Origin: an uncultured delta proteobacterium
GTDB lineage: Bacteria; Desulfobacterota; Binatia; UBA9968
Length of the DNA stretch: 64,000 nt
Direction: 5' to 3'
Assembly (NCBI GenBank): GCA_963816145.1
Contig: CAWFJP010000031.1
Span: 448,001 to 512,000, forward strand
The notes beneath the pieces are model-generated. The model searched no databases. It worked only from the letters and a program-made list of their open reading frames with translations, and was not told the origin of the DNA. The translations under genes and the position numbers were made by a program. Positions 29,570-39,552 of the stretch are shown one piece after another; the first letter of the stretch is position 1; every line of letters starts with the position of its first letter.

Positions 29570-30649
29570 TCAGTACGGTTCGAAGTTGCGCAACACTGGC
29601 AGGACTTCGCTGCCGAACAGCTTGATCGAGCGTATTAAATCTTCTTCGACGATGGCGCCGATGTTGAACTCGGCCATGACGGTGTTGAACACGCCCTCGC
29701 TGGCGGCTTGCTTGATCTGTTCGATGACAGTTTTGGGCGAGCCGACAAAGGCTAAGTTGTGTTCGCGCAAATATTCGACGTCGATCGAGTGGCGCGCGAT
29801 TTCGGCGCCGCGGGGGTTGCCGCGTTTCTCATGGTTCTCGGCAAGCCGCTGGTAGCCGATGCCACCCTCGGCCCGGGTGCCAAAGACGTTGGTGAAGCAA
29901 TGTTCGAAATAGGGTTTTGCTTTAGCCACCGCTTTGGCGTCGGTCTCGTCGACGTAAACTAACACCCAGTAACCGATATTCGGCTTGCCCGTGTGGCCGG
30001 CGTCACGCCATAAACGCAAATATTCGCGATAGCGCGGCGCAACCTCGTCGCGCGGCACCAAAAAAAGATACCCCGTATGGACTCCTTCGCGGGCGAGGAG
30101 CGCCAGGGTGTCAGCGTCGCGCGAATGAATCCAAATCGGCGGATGGGGCTGCTGGAGCGGCTTAACGCCGAGCGTGACACTTTGATAATGATGAAATTCC
30201 CCGTTGAAGCTGAACGGCCCTTGGCTCGACAGCGCTTGTTTGATGCAGAGCAGCGCTTCGTGAGTGAGCGCGCGGCGATTGTTAAAATCAGCGCCGTAGG
30301 GTCCGAAGAAATCCGGGACGATGCCTGAAACTAAGCCGAGTTCGAAGCGGCCGTTGGCGAGGTTGTCCAACACTGCCGCATCCTCGACGATTCGCAACGG
30401 ATCGTAGAGCGGCACGACATTACCCATGGTACCGACGCGCAGCCGTCGGGTATGGGCGGCCGCCGCGGCGCAGTAAATCGACGGCGACGGCATCCAGCTT
30501 TCGCGCGGATTGAAGTGATGCTCGACGCAAAATCCAAAGTCAAAGCCCAAGTCGTCGCATGCCGTCAGTTCGCGCCAGAGTTGCTCATAGCGATCCGCGA
30601 CGGTGATGCCGGGCTTATTCCAAACATGGGAGAAATGAGCAAATTTCAT
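29570..30649 (-). CDS. LLM class flavin-dependent oxidoreductase
   Basis: EHHF, DPLRIVED.A.LD.L..GR.ELG, KPLQQPHPPIW and VGSP motifs. Confidence 0.95.
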   Translation of the reverse strand: MKFAHFSHVWNKPGITVADRYEQLWRELTACDDLGFDFGFCVEHHFNPRESWMPSPSIYCAAAAAHTRRLRVGTMGNVVPLYDPLRIVEDAAVLDNLANGRFELGLVSGIVPDFFGPYGADFNNRRALTHEALLCIKQALSSQGPFSFNGEFHHYQSVTLGVKPLQQPHPPIWIHSRDADTLALLAREGVHTGYLFLVPRDEVAPRYREYLRLWRDAGHTGKPNIGYWVLVYVDETDAKAVAKAKPYFEHCFTNVFGTRAEGGIGYQRLAENHEKRGNPRGAEIARHSIDVEYLREHNLAFVGSPKTVIEQIKQAASEGVFNTVMAEFNIGAIVEEDLIRSIKLFGSEVLPVLRNFEPY

Positions 30650-30699
30650 GGCACTCGCTGGTGTCCTGGCCCAGAAATACGTTTACTAAAAAGCTCAGA

Positions 30700-30790
30700 G
30701 CCTCCCCCTTTGAAAAAGGGGGACAGAGGGGGATTTGTAGTGTGTGCGCGCAAGAAAATCCCCCCTTGCCCCCCTTTTCTAAAGGGGGGA
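30700..30790. repeat. CCCCCTTT..AAAGGGGG palindromic element
   Basis: cctccccctttgaaaaagggggacagagggggattt..aaaatcccccttgccccccttttctaaagggggg. Confidence 0.75.
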
Positions 30791-30873
30791 TCGTCTGAAC
30801 CGATACGGTTTTTCTCAACCAACTTCCGGGCCATGATAATAGGATATCTGTGGCGTTGCCTTGGGAAATTCGC

Positions 30874-31872
30874 TCAACGTTTCTTATAGAGGCCATCCGT
30901 ATAGCCGCTCAGATCCAATTCCTTCACGAAGCTTGCGTCGAAATAGTCCTCGGGATTGTGCGATTTGGCTTTCGGTTCAGAGGCGAGGATAGTTTTCAGA
31001 CCTTCGACCGACGGATACTGCTTTCTCGGCAGTACCGATTCACTGATCAAATTTTCCCAGGTCTTTTCTAAGACATCGCGATCGACCGTACGGCCAATGA
31101 ATCGCCCCAACGCCCGGATGGCGCTTTCTTTGTCGGTGTAAATGCGATGGACAGCCTCGATCTGTGATTTCACATAGCGCCTAACGATATCGCGATTTTC
31201 TCGAATATATTTTTTGGTCGTGGCGACAGCGGTGTGTTGGTAGACTAGTCCAAGCTTGGGCAGATCGGCGAGAGTGTTCATGCCGCGCTTTTGCGCGATA
31301 ATACTGGCCGGCGGATTTACCACGGTTGCTTGCACGCGTCCGGCGAGCACCGCGTCGACGCGCGCCGTGGTGCTGCCGATTTGCACGATGGTAACGTCCT
31401 TGCCGGGCGTCAAGCCAATCTTCGTCAGCGCGTAACGGGCGATAAAGTCAGATGACGAGCCGAACCGGCTGATCGCGACCGAGCCGCCCTTTAACTGCTC
31501 GGGAGTTTTTATTTCCGGCCGGCTTAACAGGTAGTAGTTCAACGAAATTACGCCGCCGGCGACGATTGTCGCATCCGAACCCGCCATGACTGAGTTCACG
31601 ACCGCCGGCCCGGCCAACTGCGCGATCGGCGTGTCGGCTGAGACCAGCGCCATGATCGCCGTCGTGCCGCCGGTGAAGAAAACCGGCTGAACGTCGAGGC
31701 CGTTCTTTTCGAAGATGCCGGCGTCCTTGGCGAGCCACGCCGGCAAAGCGTCACCGCTAATGGCGCTGTAGCCGACATTGAGTTTCGTCAGCTGCGCCCG
31801 CGCCGATTGCGATGAAACGACGAGCAGCACGACGTTAAGAATTATTCCGGCAAAGTGTTTCGTTTTTAGCAT
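30874..31872 (-). CDS. ABC substrate-binding protein (SsuA/NMT1 type)
   Basis: Signal peptide (ARA); WLAKDAGIFEKNG; LKGGSVAISRFGSSSD. Confidence 0.9.
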   Translation of the reverse strand: MLKTKHFAGIILNVVLLVVSSQSARAQLTKLNVGYSAISGDALPAWLAKDAGIFEKNGLDVQPVFFTGGTTAIMALVSADTPIAQLAGPAVVNSVMAGSDATIVAGGVISLNYYLLSRPEIKTPEQLKGGSVAISRFGSSSDFIARYALTKIGLTPGKDVTIVQIGSTTARVDAVLAGRVQATVVNPPASIIAQKRGMNTLADLPKLGLVYQHTAVATTKKYIRENRDIVRRYVKSQIEAVHRIYTDKESAIRALGRFIGRTVDRDVLEKTWENLISESVLPRKQYPSVEGLKTILASEPKAKSHNPEDYFDASFVKELDLSGYTDGLYKKR

Positions 31873-31935
31873 AAACAATCCCAGACGCTTTAGTCGCGAT
31901 TCGCCAATTCGATAGCGGTTATGAAAAGAACTTGT

Positions 31936-32799
31936 TTAATAGCCGTATTTCTTTTCCAGCTCTTTGAGCTCGGCGTTACCCATGTTCGCGTACCATTTGC
32001 GGGTGTCGTCGATGCCCGGGGTGTTTTTGAAATAGGCGGCTTCGGTGCCGCTCTTTTTCAGTTCTTCCAGGCACTGGCGCATGCCGTGCAGCATGGCGAC
32101 TTGCAGCACTGTCGGGATGCAGCCGACACGGCCGCCCAGTTCGCCGTAGCGTTGGATGGTCATCACGCCGCGCGGCGGCACGCCGACCAGCGGTTTGCCG
32201 AGTTTGGCGTAGGCGAGGATTTCTTCCTCCGTGCGCGCGCTGACCCATGAAGCGTCGGCGCCGGCTTCGATACACGCCTGGGTGCGTTCGAGGCGCTCTT
32301 GCAGCGAGTCCTTGGCTTCCGAACGGGCGATAATGACGAGGTCCTGATCGGTACGCGCGTCCACCGCCGCTTTGATTTTCGCGACGAATTCCTGGCGCGA
32401 GATCAGACCGACATCGAAGCCTTCATGGCCGGCGCGTTTGGGCGTCATCTGATCTTCGATGTGGATGGCGGCGACGCCGGCGCGGTCGAATTCCTTTACC
32501 GCGCGAAAGACGTTGACGGCGTTGCCGTAGCCGGTCTCGGCGTCGCTGACGATGGGAATGTTGACCGCGTCGACGATTTCGCGCGCCTTATTGATCATTT
32601 CGGTAAGCGTGAGTAGGCCGGCGTCGGCGAAGCCAAGCGAACGATGTTGTCCGCTGCCGGAAATATGCACCAGCGGAAATTTCAGCCACTCGACGAGCCG
32701 GGCCTGGATGCCATCGTTACAGCTCGGCGCCAGATGGCAGGTCGGTTGCTGCATCATCGCCTTCAATGCTTTGCGTTTTTCATTTGCGGTCATTGCCAT
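31936..32799 (-). CDS. isocitrate lyase/PEP mutase family protein
   Basis: DAGLLT, DAETGYG, HIEDQ..PKRAGH, IIARSEA and AGAD motifs. Confidence 0.9.
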   Translation of the reverse strand: MAMTANEKRKALKAMMQQPTCHLAPSCNDGIQARLVEWLKFPLVHISGSGQHRSLGFADAGLLTLTEMINKAREIVDAVNIPIVSDAETGYGNAVNVFRAVKEFDRAGVAAIHIEDQMTPKRAGHEGFDVGLISRQEFVAKIKAAVDARTDQDLVIIARSEAKDSLQERLERTQACIEAGADASWVSARTEEEILAYAKLGKPLVGVPPRGVMTIQRYGELGGRVGCIPTVLQVAMLHGMRQCLEELKKSGTEAAYFKNTPGIDDTRKWYANMGNAELKELEKKYGY

Positions 32800-32850
32800 T
32801 ATCTTTTTCTTCCTTTCTCTCTTGCCAATTGTTTTAGTTTGCCGATTCGG

Positions 32851-32879
32851 ATTAGGGCGACCGGCCGGTCGCCCCTACG
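32851..32879. repeat. GTAG-type REP
   Basis: tagggcgaccggccggtcgccctac; partial copy near 34447-34460. Confidence 0.7.
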
Positions 32880-33563
32880 TCATGCCCGTTGTGTTCCCTT
32901 GTGGGCGAATTCATCCCTGCGGCCGACAGTGGCTTTCAACAGTTCCGGCGGAATTATCTTGGCGCCGCCCAGCACTTCGGCGTAGATCGCCATCTGCGCC
33001 GCTTCTTCGACGATCAAATTCGCGCGCGCCGCGGCGGCGGGATTGGCGCCGAAGGCGAGCACGCCGTGATTTTCCAACAGCACGGCTTTGGTATTTTTCG
33101 TGGCGTTCAAGGCGGTGACGATGTTGGCGATGGATTCGCCGGAGCCGCGCGGGCCATATTTCGCCAAGGGCACGCCTTCGGCCATTTCATTGCGCACCAG
33201 CGCTTCGTAGGAGCAGCCCAGCGCCCGGCTCGCAAGGGCGAAGCTGGTGGCGTAGGTCGAGTGGGTGTGGACGACGGCGCCGGTCTCCGGCCGTTCTTTA
33301 TAGACGATGGCGTGCATGTGGACGATCTCGGCGTTGGTCGGATTGATCTCGCCTTCGACCAGTTTGCCATCGAGATCGAGCAGCGCGAGGTTTTCCGGCT
33401 GTAAATTATCGAAGGAGCTCGATGCGGTGAGCAAGATCGTGTCGGTGCCGGGCACGCGCACGCTAAAGTTGCCATGGTGGCTCATCGAGATCGCGCCGAT
33501 GCGCACAAGAAAATTCGCGCTATCGATGACCGCTTGGCGCAATTCGCCATGTTTGAGTGTCAT
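32880..33563 (-). CDS. class II aldolase/adducin family protein
   Basis: GNFSVR, E..MH..VY, VVHTHS and LLENHGV Zn-ligand motifs. Confidence 0.9.
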   Translation of the reverse strand: MTLKHGELRQAVIDSANFLVRIGAISMSHHGNFSVRVPGTDTILLTASSSFDNLQPENLALLDLDGKLVEGEINPTNAEIVHMHAIVYKERPETGAVVHTHSTYATSFALASRALGCSYEALVRNEMAEGVPLAKYGPRGSGESIANIVTALNATKNTKAVLLENHGVLAFGANPAAAARANLIVEEAAQMAIYAEVLGGAKIIPPELLKATVGRRDEFAHKGTQRA

Positions 33564-33631
33564 TGGTTTTCCCTCCCTTTGTTCGACCGACAATATCTTG
33601 TTTAATTAGCGCGTCTCAAGCCCGTTGGTTG

Positions 33632-34309
33632 TCAGGATTCCAGCCGGCTGCTGAAATACTCCCAAGCGCGATTGGAGACCTCTTCACCGGAGACCTGCGG
33701 GTAAATGACTTGGAGTTCTTCCGGCGTGAAATAGCGCGGCTTGCCCGCAGACATGGCGCGCAGCTGATAATTCGCCGCTTCCTCCATCCACAGCGTCATG
33801 ATGCAAACGCGCCGGACGTCTTTGTTGGCGACGTTGACGCCGTGGCCGCGCAATAGCATCGCGCCATGCGGCCCGAGGGTTTTCGCGACATCGTCGCCCA
33901 ACTCGCGGCTGCGAATCAAAGTGACCGGATCGAAGACTTGCACGTCGTTCTTAAACACCGCGCCGGATGCGTGCAGCGGTCGAATGGTTTCGCCCAGCGA
34001 GCCCAGCACAACGCAGCTCGGTGGATGAACATGGCAGACCGATTGGACATCGGGGCGCGCCTGATAAATTCGCGCGTGAATCCAGAATTCGGTGTTCGGC
34101 CGGCCGTCGCCGGAAAGCTGGTTGCCGTCGACATCCAGGGTTAGCAAATTATCCTTGCGCACCAGTGCCGGGCTCATGCGCGGCGGAAAGATAAATGTGT
34201 TCGTGCCGGGGATTCGCGCGCTCACATGACCAAAAGCGGCGGCGATGCCTTGCTGGTGCAGAATATGGCTGGCGGTGACTACGTTTTGCTTGAGTTCGTC
34301 AATGTCCAT
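33632..34309 (-). CDS. class II aldolase/adducin family protein
   Basis: FGHVSAR, EFWIH..IY..RPDV, CHVHP and LLRGHG. Confidence 0.9.
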   Translation of the reverse strand: MDIDELKQNVVTASHILHQQGIAAAFGHVSARIPGTNTFIFPPRMSPALVRKDNLLTLDVDGNQLSGDGRPNTEFWIHARIYQARPDVQSVCHVHPPSCVVLGSLGETIRPLHASGAVFKNDVQVFDPVTLIRSRELGDDVAKTLGPHGAMLLRGHGVNVANKDVRRVCIMTLWMEEAANYQLRAMSAGKPRYFTPEELQVIYPQVSGEEVSNRAWEYFSSRLES

Positions 34310-34466
34310 GGGCTTACCTCTCGCGAAGCATCTGTGCTCAATCACTTATGCCAAGGCGAGAACAATGTCCACGGCTCTCCGGCCTTGGAAAGAGACCCCT
34401 GGAAGGCGAGGCAGAAAATCCGGCTCGATGGCTCGAGCCGGATCCCGGCGGTCGCCCCTAAGGTTT

Positions 34467-35555
34467 TTATATGTGAAACAATCTTTGCGGATTGGCCGAG
34501 AGGATTTTATCGATGGTCGCGTCGCTCAGATCGCCGCGGGCTTTGAGTCCATTGGCCAGCTGGTCTTGGCGAAAAGCGTCGCCATGGGGAAAGTCGGTGG
34601 CGGTGACGAGAAAATCATCGCCGTTCTTGCCGATGATGTACGGCAGATCGTCGTCCAAGGCACAGGAGACAAAGACGCGCTCGGCGAGCCAGTGATCGAC
34701 TTTCGCACGATTGTGGCCGCGCAGTCCTTTGAGCAGCCGCACGGTCCATTCCGAGCCGGCTTCCAAGAATGCAACACGCAGTTTGGGAAAATCTTCGAGC
34801 AGCTTTGAGCCGAGAATTTGTTGGAAGGCGTAGAGCACGTAAGGGCCGCTGACAATGCCTTTGCCGAGCGGATGGACATGGGGACTGCCGTCTTCGTAGG
34901 TCGGCCGCGGCACGCCTTGAAACATATCCCGGATCATCGGGCTCGAGCCGTTGCCGACATGGACGGTTATCGGCAAATCTTGATTCGCCGCCTCTTCGTA
35001 GATCGGCCAGTGGTCGGGGTGAGTAAGCGGACGGTCCCATTCGATGCCGCGAGCGTAGATGCCGGCGACGCAGCCGAGCGTTTTTACCCGGCGGATTTCC
35101 TTTACTGCCATGTCCGGACGACGCCAGGGCACGATGGCGACGTACCAAATCCTGCCGCCGGACTGGGAGCACTGAATCGCCATGAATTGGTTGTAGCTGC
35201 GCGCCAGCGCGGCTTCGAGTTCGACGTTCTCCGCCAAACAGCCGAGCCAGATCGACGGAAAGACCACTTGGGTGTCGATACCCAACTCGTCCATGTGGCG
35301 CACGCGAGTTTGGACGTCGCGCATTTCCTGCACCGGAATCGAGACGCCTTTTTCTCCGGCTCTCTTCATGGTCGTTGGATTGGCGGCGAAGAATCGCAGT
35401 TTGTAGTCGATCACCCAGGCAGCGTTGTGCCAGCCGAAGCAGGTGTCCTCGGGAAACGTCACCGGGATCGGCCGTAAAAGATAAAATTCCGGGTCGAGAT
35501 ATTGCCAAGTTTCGACACACTCTTCGACATGAGCGTCACAATCGATTACACGCAT
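34467..35555 (-). CDS. amidohydrolase family protein (Amidohydro_2)
   Basis: IDCDAH, YN, VHVG, FPKLR.AFLEAG and TDFPH motifs. Confidence 0.9.
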   Translation of the reverse strand: MRVIDCDAHVEECVETWQYLDPEFYLLRPIPVTFPEDTCFGWHNAAWVIDYKLRFFAANPTTMKRAGEKGVSIPVQEMRDVQTRVRHMDELGIDTQVVFPSIWLGCLAENVELEAALARSYNQFMAIQCSQSGGRIWYVAIVPWRRPDMAVKEIRRVKTLGCVAGIYARGIEWDRPLTHPDHWPIYEEAANQDLPITVHVGNGSSPMIRDMFQGVPRPTYEDGSPHVHPLGKGIVSGPYVLYAFQQILGSKLLEDFPKLRVAFLEAGSEWTVRLLKGLRGHNRAKVDHWLAERVFVSCALDDDLPYIIGKNGDDFLVTATDFPHGDAFRQDQLANGLKARGDLSDATIDKILSANPQRLFHI

Positions 35556-35776
35556 ACTTCGTTCCTTTTCTCGCCGCGATTTAGCTCGACAAATTATGGC
35601 AGCGCGGCGGCGCTGTCAAATCGGCGCACGCTTGACAAGCCAGCGCCCGAAGATTCATTCGTGGGGAATTTGCAGACCAGATTCCATTCACCGCGAAGTG
35701 TTCATGAGCTTGCGCTCGTCTACCGAGTATGAAATTGCATCTTTCCCCCAGCGCCACATGGCTCCTTGTCTGATTC

Positions 35777-35842
35777 GTCATGCCGGCGCAGGCCGGCATC
35801 CAAGGGAGGGAGGGGATGGATACCGGCTTTCGCCGGTATGAC
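35777..35842. repeat. GTCATGCCGG palindromic element
   Basis: gtcatgccggcgcaggccggcatcca..tggataccggctttcgccggtatgac. Confidence 0.8.
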
Positions 35843-35897
35843 GTAAGTCTCATGCCAATTCGTCGCCCAAATCTTACCTATACATGTATATTCAAAG

Positions 35898-35962
35898 GAA
35901 ACACGAAGAGCACGAAGGTCGAAATATTCTTACTCCGAAACCTTCGTGTCCTTCGTGGTGAG
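35898..35962. repeat. 9-mer (CACGAAGnn) inverted-repeat element
   Basis: acacgaagagcacgaagg..ccttcgtgtccttcgtggtg; copies at 41549-41628 and 61669-61705. Confidence 0.75.
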
Positions 35963-35998
35963 AAGGGATGTTTTCTCTTTGGCTGGAATTACCAATCG

Positions 35999-37162
35999 CT
36001 ATTTGATGACGTTGGCCGCGCGCAGTTCGCTCAACTGCGCGGCGCTCAAGCCCAACACGTTTCCTAAGACAGAGTCGGTGTGCTGGCCCAGCAGCGGGGC
36101 GTCGTCGCGGATGCTGGTCGGCGTCTTTGACATGTGAATCCATGGCGCCAAGAGTTTCGTCGGGCCGGCGACCGGATGATTTCTCTCGATGAAAGCTTTC
36201 CGTTCCTTGATATGTTCGTCCTCGATGACTTCACCCATGGACAGCACCGGCGCGCCAAAGTAGTCGATATGGCGCAAGCCTTGCCAAAGTTCTTGGCGGG
36301 TTTTGGTCTTGGCCCAGTCTTTGACCAGCGTGTGTAAGGCCGCACGATTTTGCTTCCGCGCCGCGCCGTCCGAGAAACGCGGATCTTGGAGCAGATCGTC
36401 GCGCTCCATTAATTTCGCGAGCTTCGCCCAACCGCCGTCGCTCACATCGGGTATGCGCAGCGTGAAATAGCCGTCCGCCGCCGGCACCGGATAATTGCCG
36501 ACTTCGATGCCGATGAAGTGTTCGTGAAACTCGCTGATCATGAAACCCAACAGCGCTTCCTGCATCGATACGGCGATGCGCTGGCCTTCGCCGGTCTTTT
36601 CTCGCGCGTGCAGTGCCGCCAGGATGCCGCACACCATGCTGATACCGGCGGCTTCGTCGCCGATGCCGATCGCTTTGGTGCCCGGCGCTTTGCTGTACTG
36701 CCAGCCGGTGTGGGTCCAGCCGGTCATGCTGTTGTTGGTGTGCGCCGTGCTGCCGTAATCTTTGTACGGCCCCGACTCGCCGAAGCCGCGCGTGCAGGAG
36801 TAGATGATCCGCGGGTTGATCTTCTTCAGATCCTCATAGCCCAGGCCAAATTTTTCCATCTGCCCAGTGTGGTAGTTTTCCACGACGACATCGGCTTTGG
36901 CGATCAACTGGCGCGCCAAATCGACGCCCAGGGCGGTTTTCAAATTCAATACCACGCTTTTCTTGTTGACGTTGACCCACAAGAATTCGTAAGCATCGAC
37001 CTTGGCGTTGGGCGGCATCCACGAGCGGCGAAAGCCGTCGCCGGCGGGTGGCTCGATTTTAATAATTTCTGCGCCAAGGTGGCCGAGCAGCATGGTGCAG
37101 AACGGGCCGTTCAAAGCATGGGTAAAGTCGATCACGCGAATATCGTCCAGTGCGCCGGGCAT
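35999..37162 (-). CDS. CoA transferase, CaiB/BaiF family
   Basis: GPFCTMLL..LGAEIIKIEPP.GD, NVNKKS, ADVVVEN, GD (catalytic Asp) and APLLGQHT. Confidence 0.95.
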   Translation of the reverse strand: MPGALDDIRVIDFTHALNGPFCTMLLGHLGAEIIKIEPPAGDGFRRSWMPPNAKVDAYEFLWVNVNKKSVVLNLKTALGVDLARQLIAKADVVVENYHTGQMEKFGLGYEDLKKINPRIIYSCTRGFGESGPYKDYGSTAHTNNSMTGWTHTGWQYSKAPGTKAIGIGDEAAGISMVCGILAALHAREKTGEGQRIAVSMQEALLGFMISEFHEHFIGIEVGNYPVPAADGYFTLRIPDVSDGGWAKLAKLMERDDLLQDPRFSDGAARKQNRAALHTLVKDWAKTKTRQELWQGLRHIDYFGAPVLSMGEVIEDEHIKERKAFIERNHPVAGPTKLLAPWIHMSKTPTSIRDDAPLLGQHTDSVLGNVLGLSAAQLSELRAANVIK

Positions 37163-37238
37163 GTTTTCCTACCTCCGTGGAGATTTTCGCTGTTCCATAT
37201 CAATATCGGACGAAAGAAGCGAGCCTAAGTTGCTCTGT

Positions 37239-37415
37239 TTACGCAGGCTTAAACTTCGCCAGCGTCACTTCTGGTGTTACATCATCAAAATGCACCTTGA
37301 CCGCCATACCGACTTTCACATCTTCCCGTGGGCAACCGATGATGTTGCTGACGAGCTGCACGCGTCCGCCGATGCCGGCGATGGCGGTTTTGTCCTTGAT
37401 AGCTTGCTCAGGCAT
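37239..37415 (-). pseudogene. in-frame chimera of a thiolase/lipid-transfer-protein N-terminus and a DUF35 OB-fold C-terminus
   Basis: MPEQAIKDKTAIAGIG fused to GRVQLVSNIIGCPREDVKVGMAVKVHFDDVTPEVTLAKFKPA*. Confidence 0.75.
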
Positions 37416-37641
37416 GAAATTTCCCCCTAAAAAAAAAGGCGCGGGTGCTCCGCTTAGCTGATTTAGCCGGACCATACCACGAAACAGCGGGCCGGCAAGA
37501 GAATTTCAGCGTGGCAATCCTCGCTCTACCGCGACGACAAATCCTTGACAGGGAGCCGACGGCGGGGCTAGCTTGCCCTATGTCGTTGATGCTTGCCGAC
37601 TCGAAAAGACGATCGCCGTACCCGCGGTCCGAGGAGGAACG

Positions 37642-38727
37642 ATGAAATTCTCCGCTGAGTTCACGCATGCTCTGTTAGCTGTGTTTTTCACCTTCGCTGC
37701 ACCGTCGGTGCTGGTAGTGCGAGCGGCGACGGTGGAAGAGATCGCCTTGATGAAATCGCCCAACCGCGAAAAGATTCTCATCGAAGGGGCGAAGAAAGAG
37801 GGCAAGGTGTCTTTTTACACCGGACTGATCGTCGATCAGGTGGTACGGCCGGTGAAGGATGCCTTCGAGAAGGAGTATCCATTTCTTCAAGTCGAGTTTT
37901 TTCGCGCCAACGCCGACCGTCTGGCGCAGCGGGTGTTGGCGGAGCATCAAGCCAAACGTTACGAGGTCGATGTCGCTAGCGGCAGCGCCGCGGCGACGAT
38001 GTTGCAGCGCGCCGGCTTGATGCAGCGCTTTTATTCGCCGCCCATAGCTGAGTATCCGCGCGAACTGAAAGATCCCAATGGCTTCTGGGGTAGCACCAAC
38101 GTTTACTTCATGACGCTGGGTTACAATACGCGCAACGTGAAAGCGGCTGAGCTGCCGAAGAGCTACGAAGACCTGCTCAACCCGCGTTGGAAAGGCCAGA
38201 TGATGTGGTCGACCAGCCGCGGTTCGGGCGCGCCGCAGTTCATCGGCAATATTTTTGTGAGCATGGGCCAGGAAGCGGGCAAGGCCTATCTGCAAAAGTT
38301 AAAACAGCAGAACATTGCCAAGAGCACCGCCAGCGCGCGGCAGATCCTCGATCTGGTTATCGCCGGCGAATATCCGCTGGCGATTCAGATCTTCAACCAC
38401 CATGCGTACATCAGCAAAGCTGCCGGCGCGCCGGTGGAGTGGCACCCGCTGGAGCCCGTGACTGCAACCAACAACTCCATCGGTCTGGTCAAAACCGCGC
38501 CGCATCCGCATGCCTCGATGCTCTTTCTCGACTTCGTGCTTTCGCGCAAAGGTCAACGGGTATTTCAAGCCGCCAACTACCTACCGGCGCATCCCGACGT
38601 GCCGGCGTTGCAAGCCGATTTAAAACCTGGCGTGCGCTTCAAGAAAGCGAACTATTTAAGTCCTGAATTGCTATACGATAAGAGCAACGAGTGGGCGGAT
38701 TATTTTGAGAAAGAGTTTTTACGCTGA
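37642..38727 (+). CDS. ABC extracellular solute-binding protein (AfuA/FbpA-like)
   Basis: GAGGAGG RBS; EGAKKEGKV, FEKEYPF, YNT..PKSYEDLL.PRWKG and APHPHA motifs. Confidence 0.9.
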   Translation: MKFSAEFTHALLAVFFTFAAPSVLVVRAATVEEIALMKSPNREKILIEGAKKEGKVSFYTGLIVDQVVRPVKDAFEKEYPFLQVEFFRANADRLAQRVLAEHQAKRYEVDVASGSAAATMLQRAGLMQRFYSPPIAEYPRELKDPNGFWGSTNVYFMTLGYNTRNVKAAELPKSYEDLLNPRWKGQMMWSTSRGSGAPQFIGNIFVSMGQEAGKAYLQKLKQQNIAKSTASARQILDLVIAGEYPLAIQIFNHHAYISKAAGAPVEWHPLEPVTATNNSIGLVKTAPHPHASMLFLDFVLSRKGQRVFQAANYLPAHPDVPALQADLKPGVRFKKANYLSPELLYDKSNEWADYFEKEFLR

Positions 38728-38773
38728 GGGCGCGCAATAGAGTGGCATTCAACGATCGTTCAAGTGTTACCAC

Positions 38774-39487
38774 ATGAAAATAACTCATTGCCGCCCTGAC
38801 ATCGCGTTTGTACCGGAGACCAGGATTGGCTTTTGGTTTCTAGGCACCCAGACTTGGACTGCACATGTCCTCAAAGTCGCGCTTGACGATTTGGAACGGC
38901 TGATTCCGCAACGCAAGCCATCCTATCCGATCGTGCTTGATGTTGGCTGCGGCCAAGGTAAATCGTTCCGGCTGTTGATCGAGCATTTCGCGCCGCAGCG
39001 CTTGATCGGAGTCGATGCCGAAGAGAAGTGTCTGCAACTTGCCCAAGTCGAGGCGTCGAACGAGAATATTCCAATCGAACTCCGTCACGGCGATATCGCG
39101 GTGCTCGACATGGCCGATGCCAGCGTGGATCTGGTGTTTTGTCATCAGACGTTTCACCATCTCATGCAACAGCAAATGGCTTTGGCGCAAATGTTTCGCG
39201 TGCTCAAGCCCGGCGGGCTATTGTTGTTCGCCGAATCGACACGTGCCTACATCCACTCTTGGATTATTCGCCTATTGTTTCGCCATCCGATGCATGTGCA
39301 GCGCAGTGCCGTCGAGTATATGGCGATGATTCGGGATCAGGGTTTTGTCTTTGGCTCGCAGAATGTCTCGCTGCCCTATCTTTGGTGGAGCCGATCGGAT
39401 CTCGGTGCGTTCCAGTGGTTTGGTTTCGGCGTCCCAGCGCAACGGGAAGAAACGCTAGTCAACCTTGCTGCGGTCAAGCCCGCGTAG
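38774..39487 (+). CDS. class I SAM-dependent methyltransferase
   Basis: VLDVGCGQG, DASVDLVFC..TFHH and RVLKPGG motifs. Confidence 0.9.
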   Translation: MKITHCRPDIAFVPETRIGFWFLGTQTWTAHVLKVALDDLERLIPQRKPSYPIVLDVGCGQGKSFRLLIEHFAPQRLIGVDAEEKCLQLAQVEASNENIPIELRHGDIAVLDMADASVDLVFCHQTFHHLMQQQMALAQMFRVLKPGGLLLFAESTRAYIHSWIIRLLFRHPMHVQRSAVEYMAMIRDQGFVFGSQNVSLPYLWWSRSDLGAFQWFGFGVPAQREETLVNLAAVKPA

Positions 39488-39552
39488 TAGAACCGCATCG
39501 ACTAAGTTGTGCTTCGGTGACCAGTTACCTGAGATTCTAAAAGGAGTAAAAA

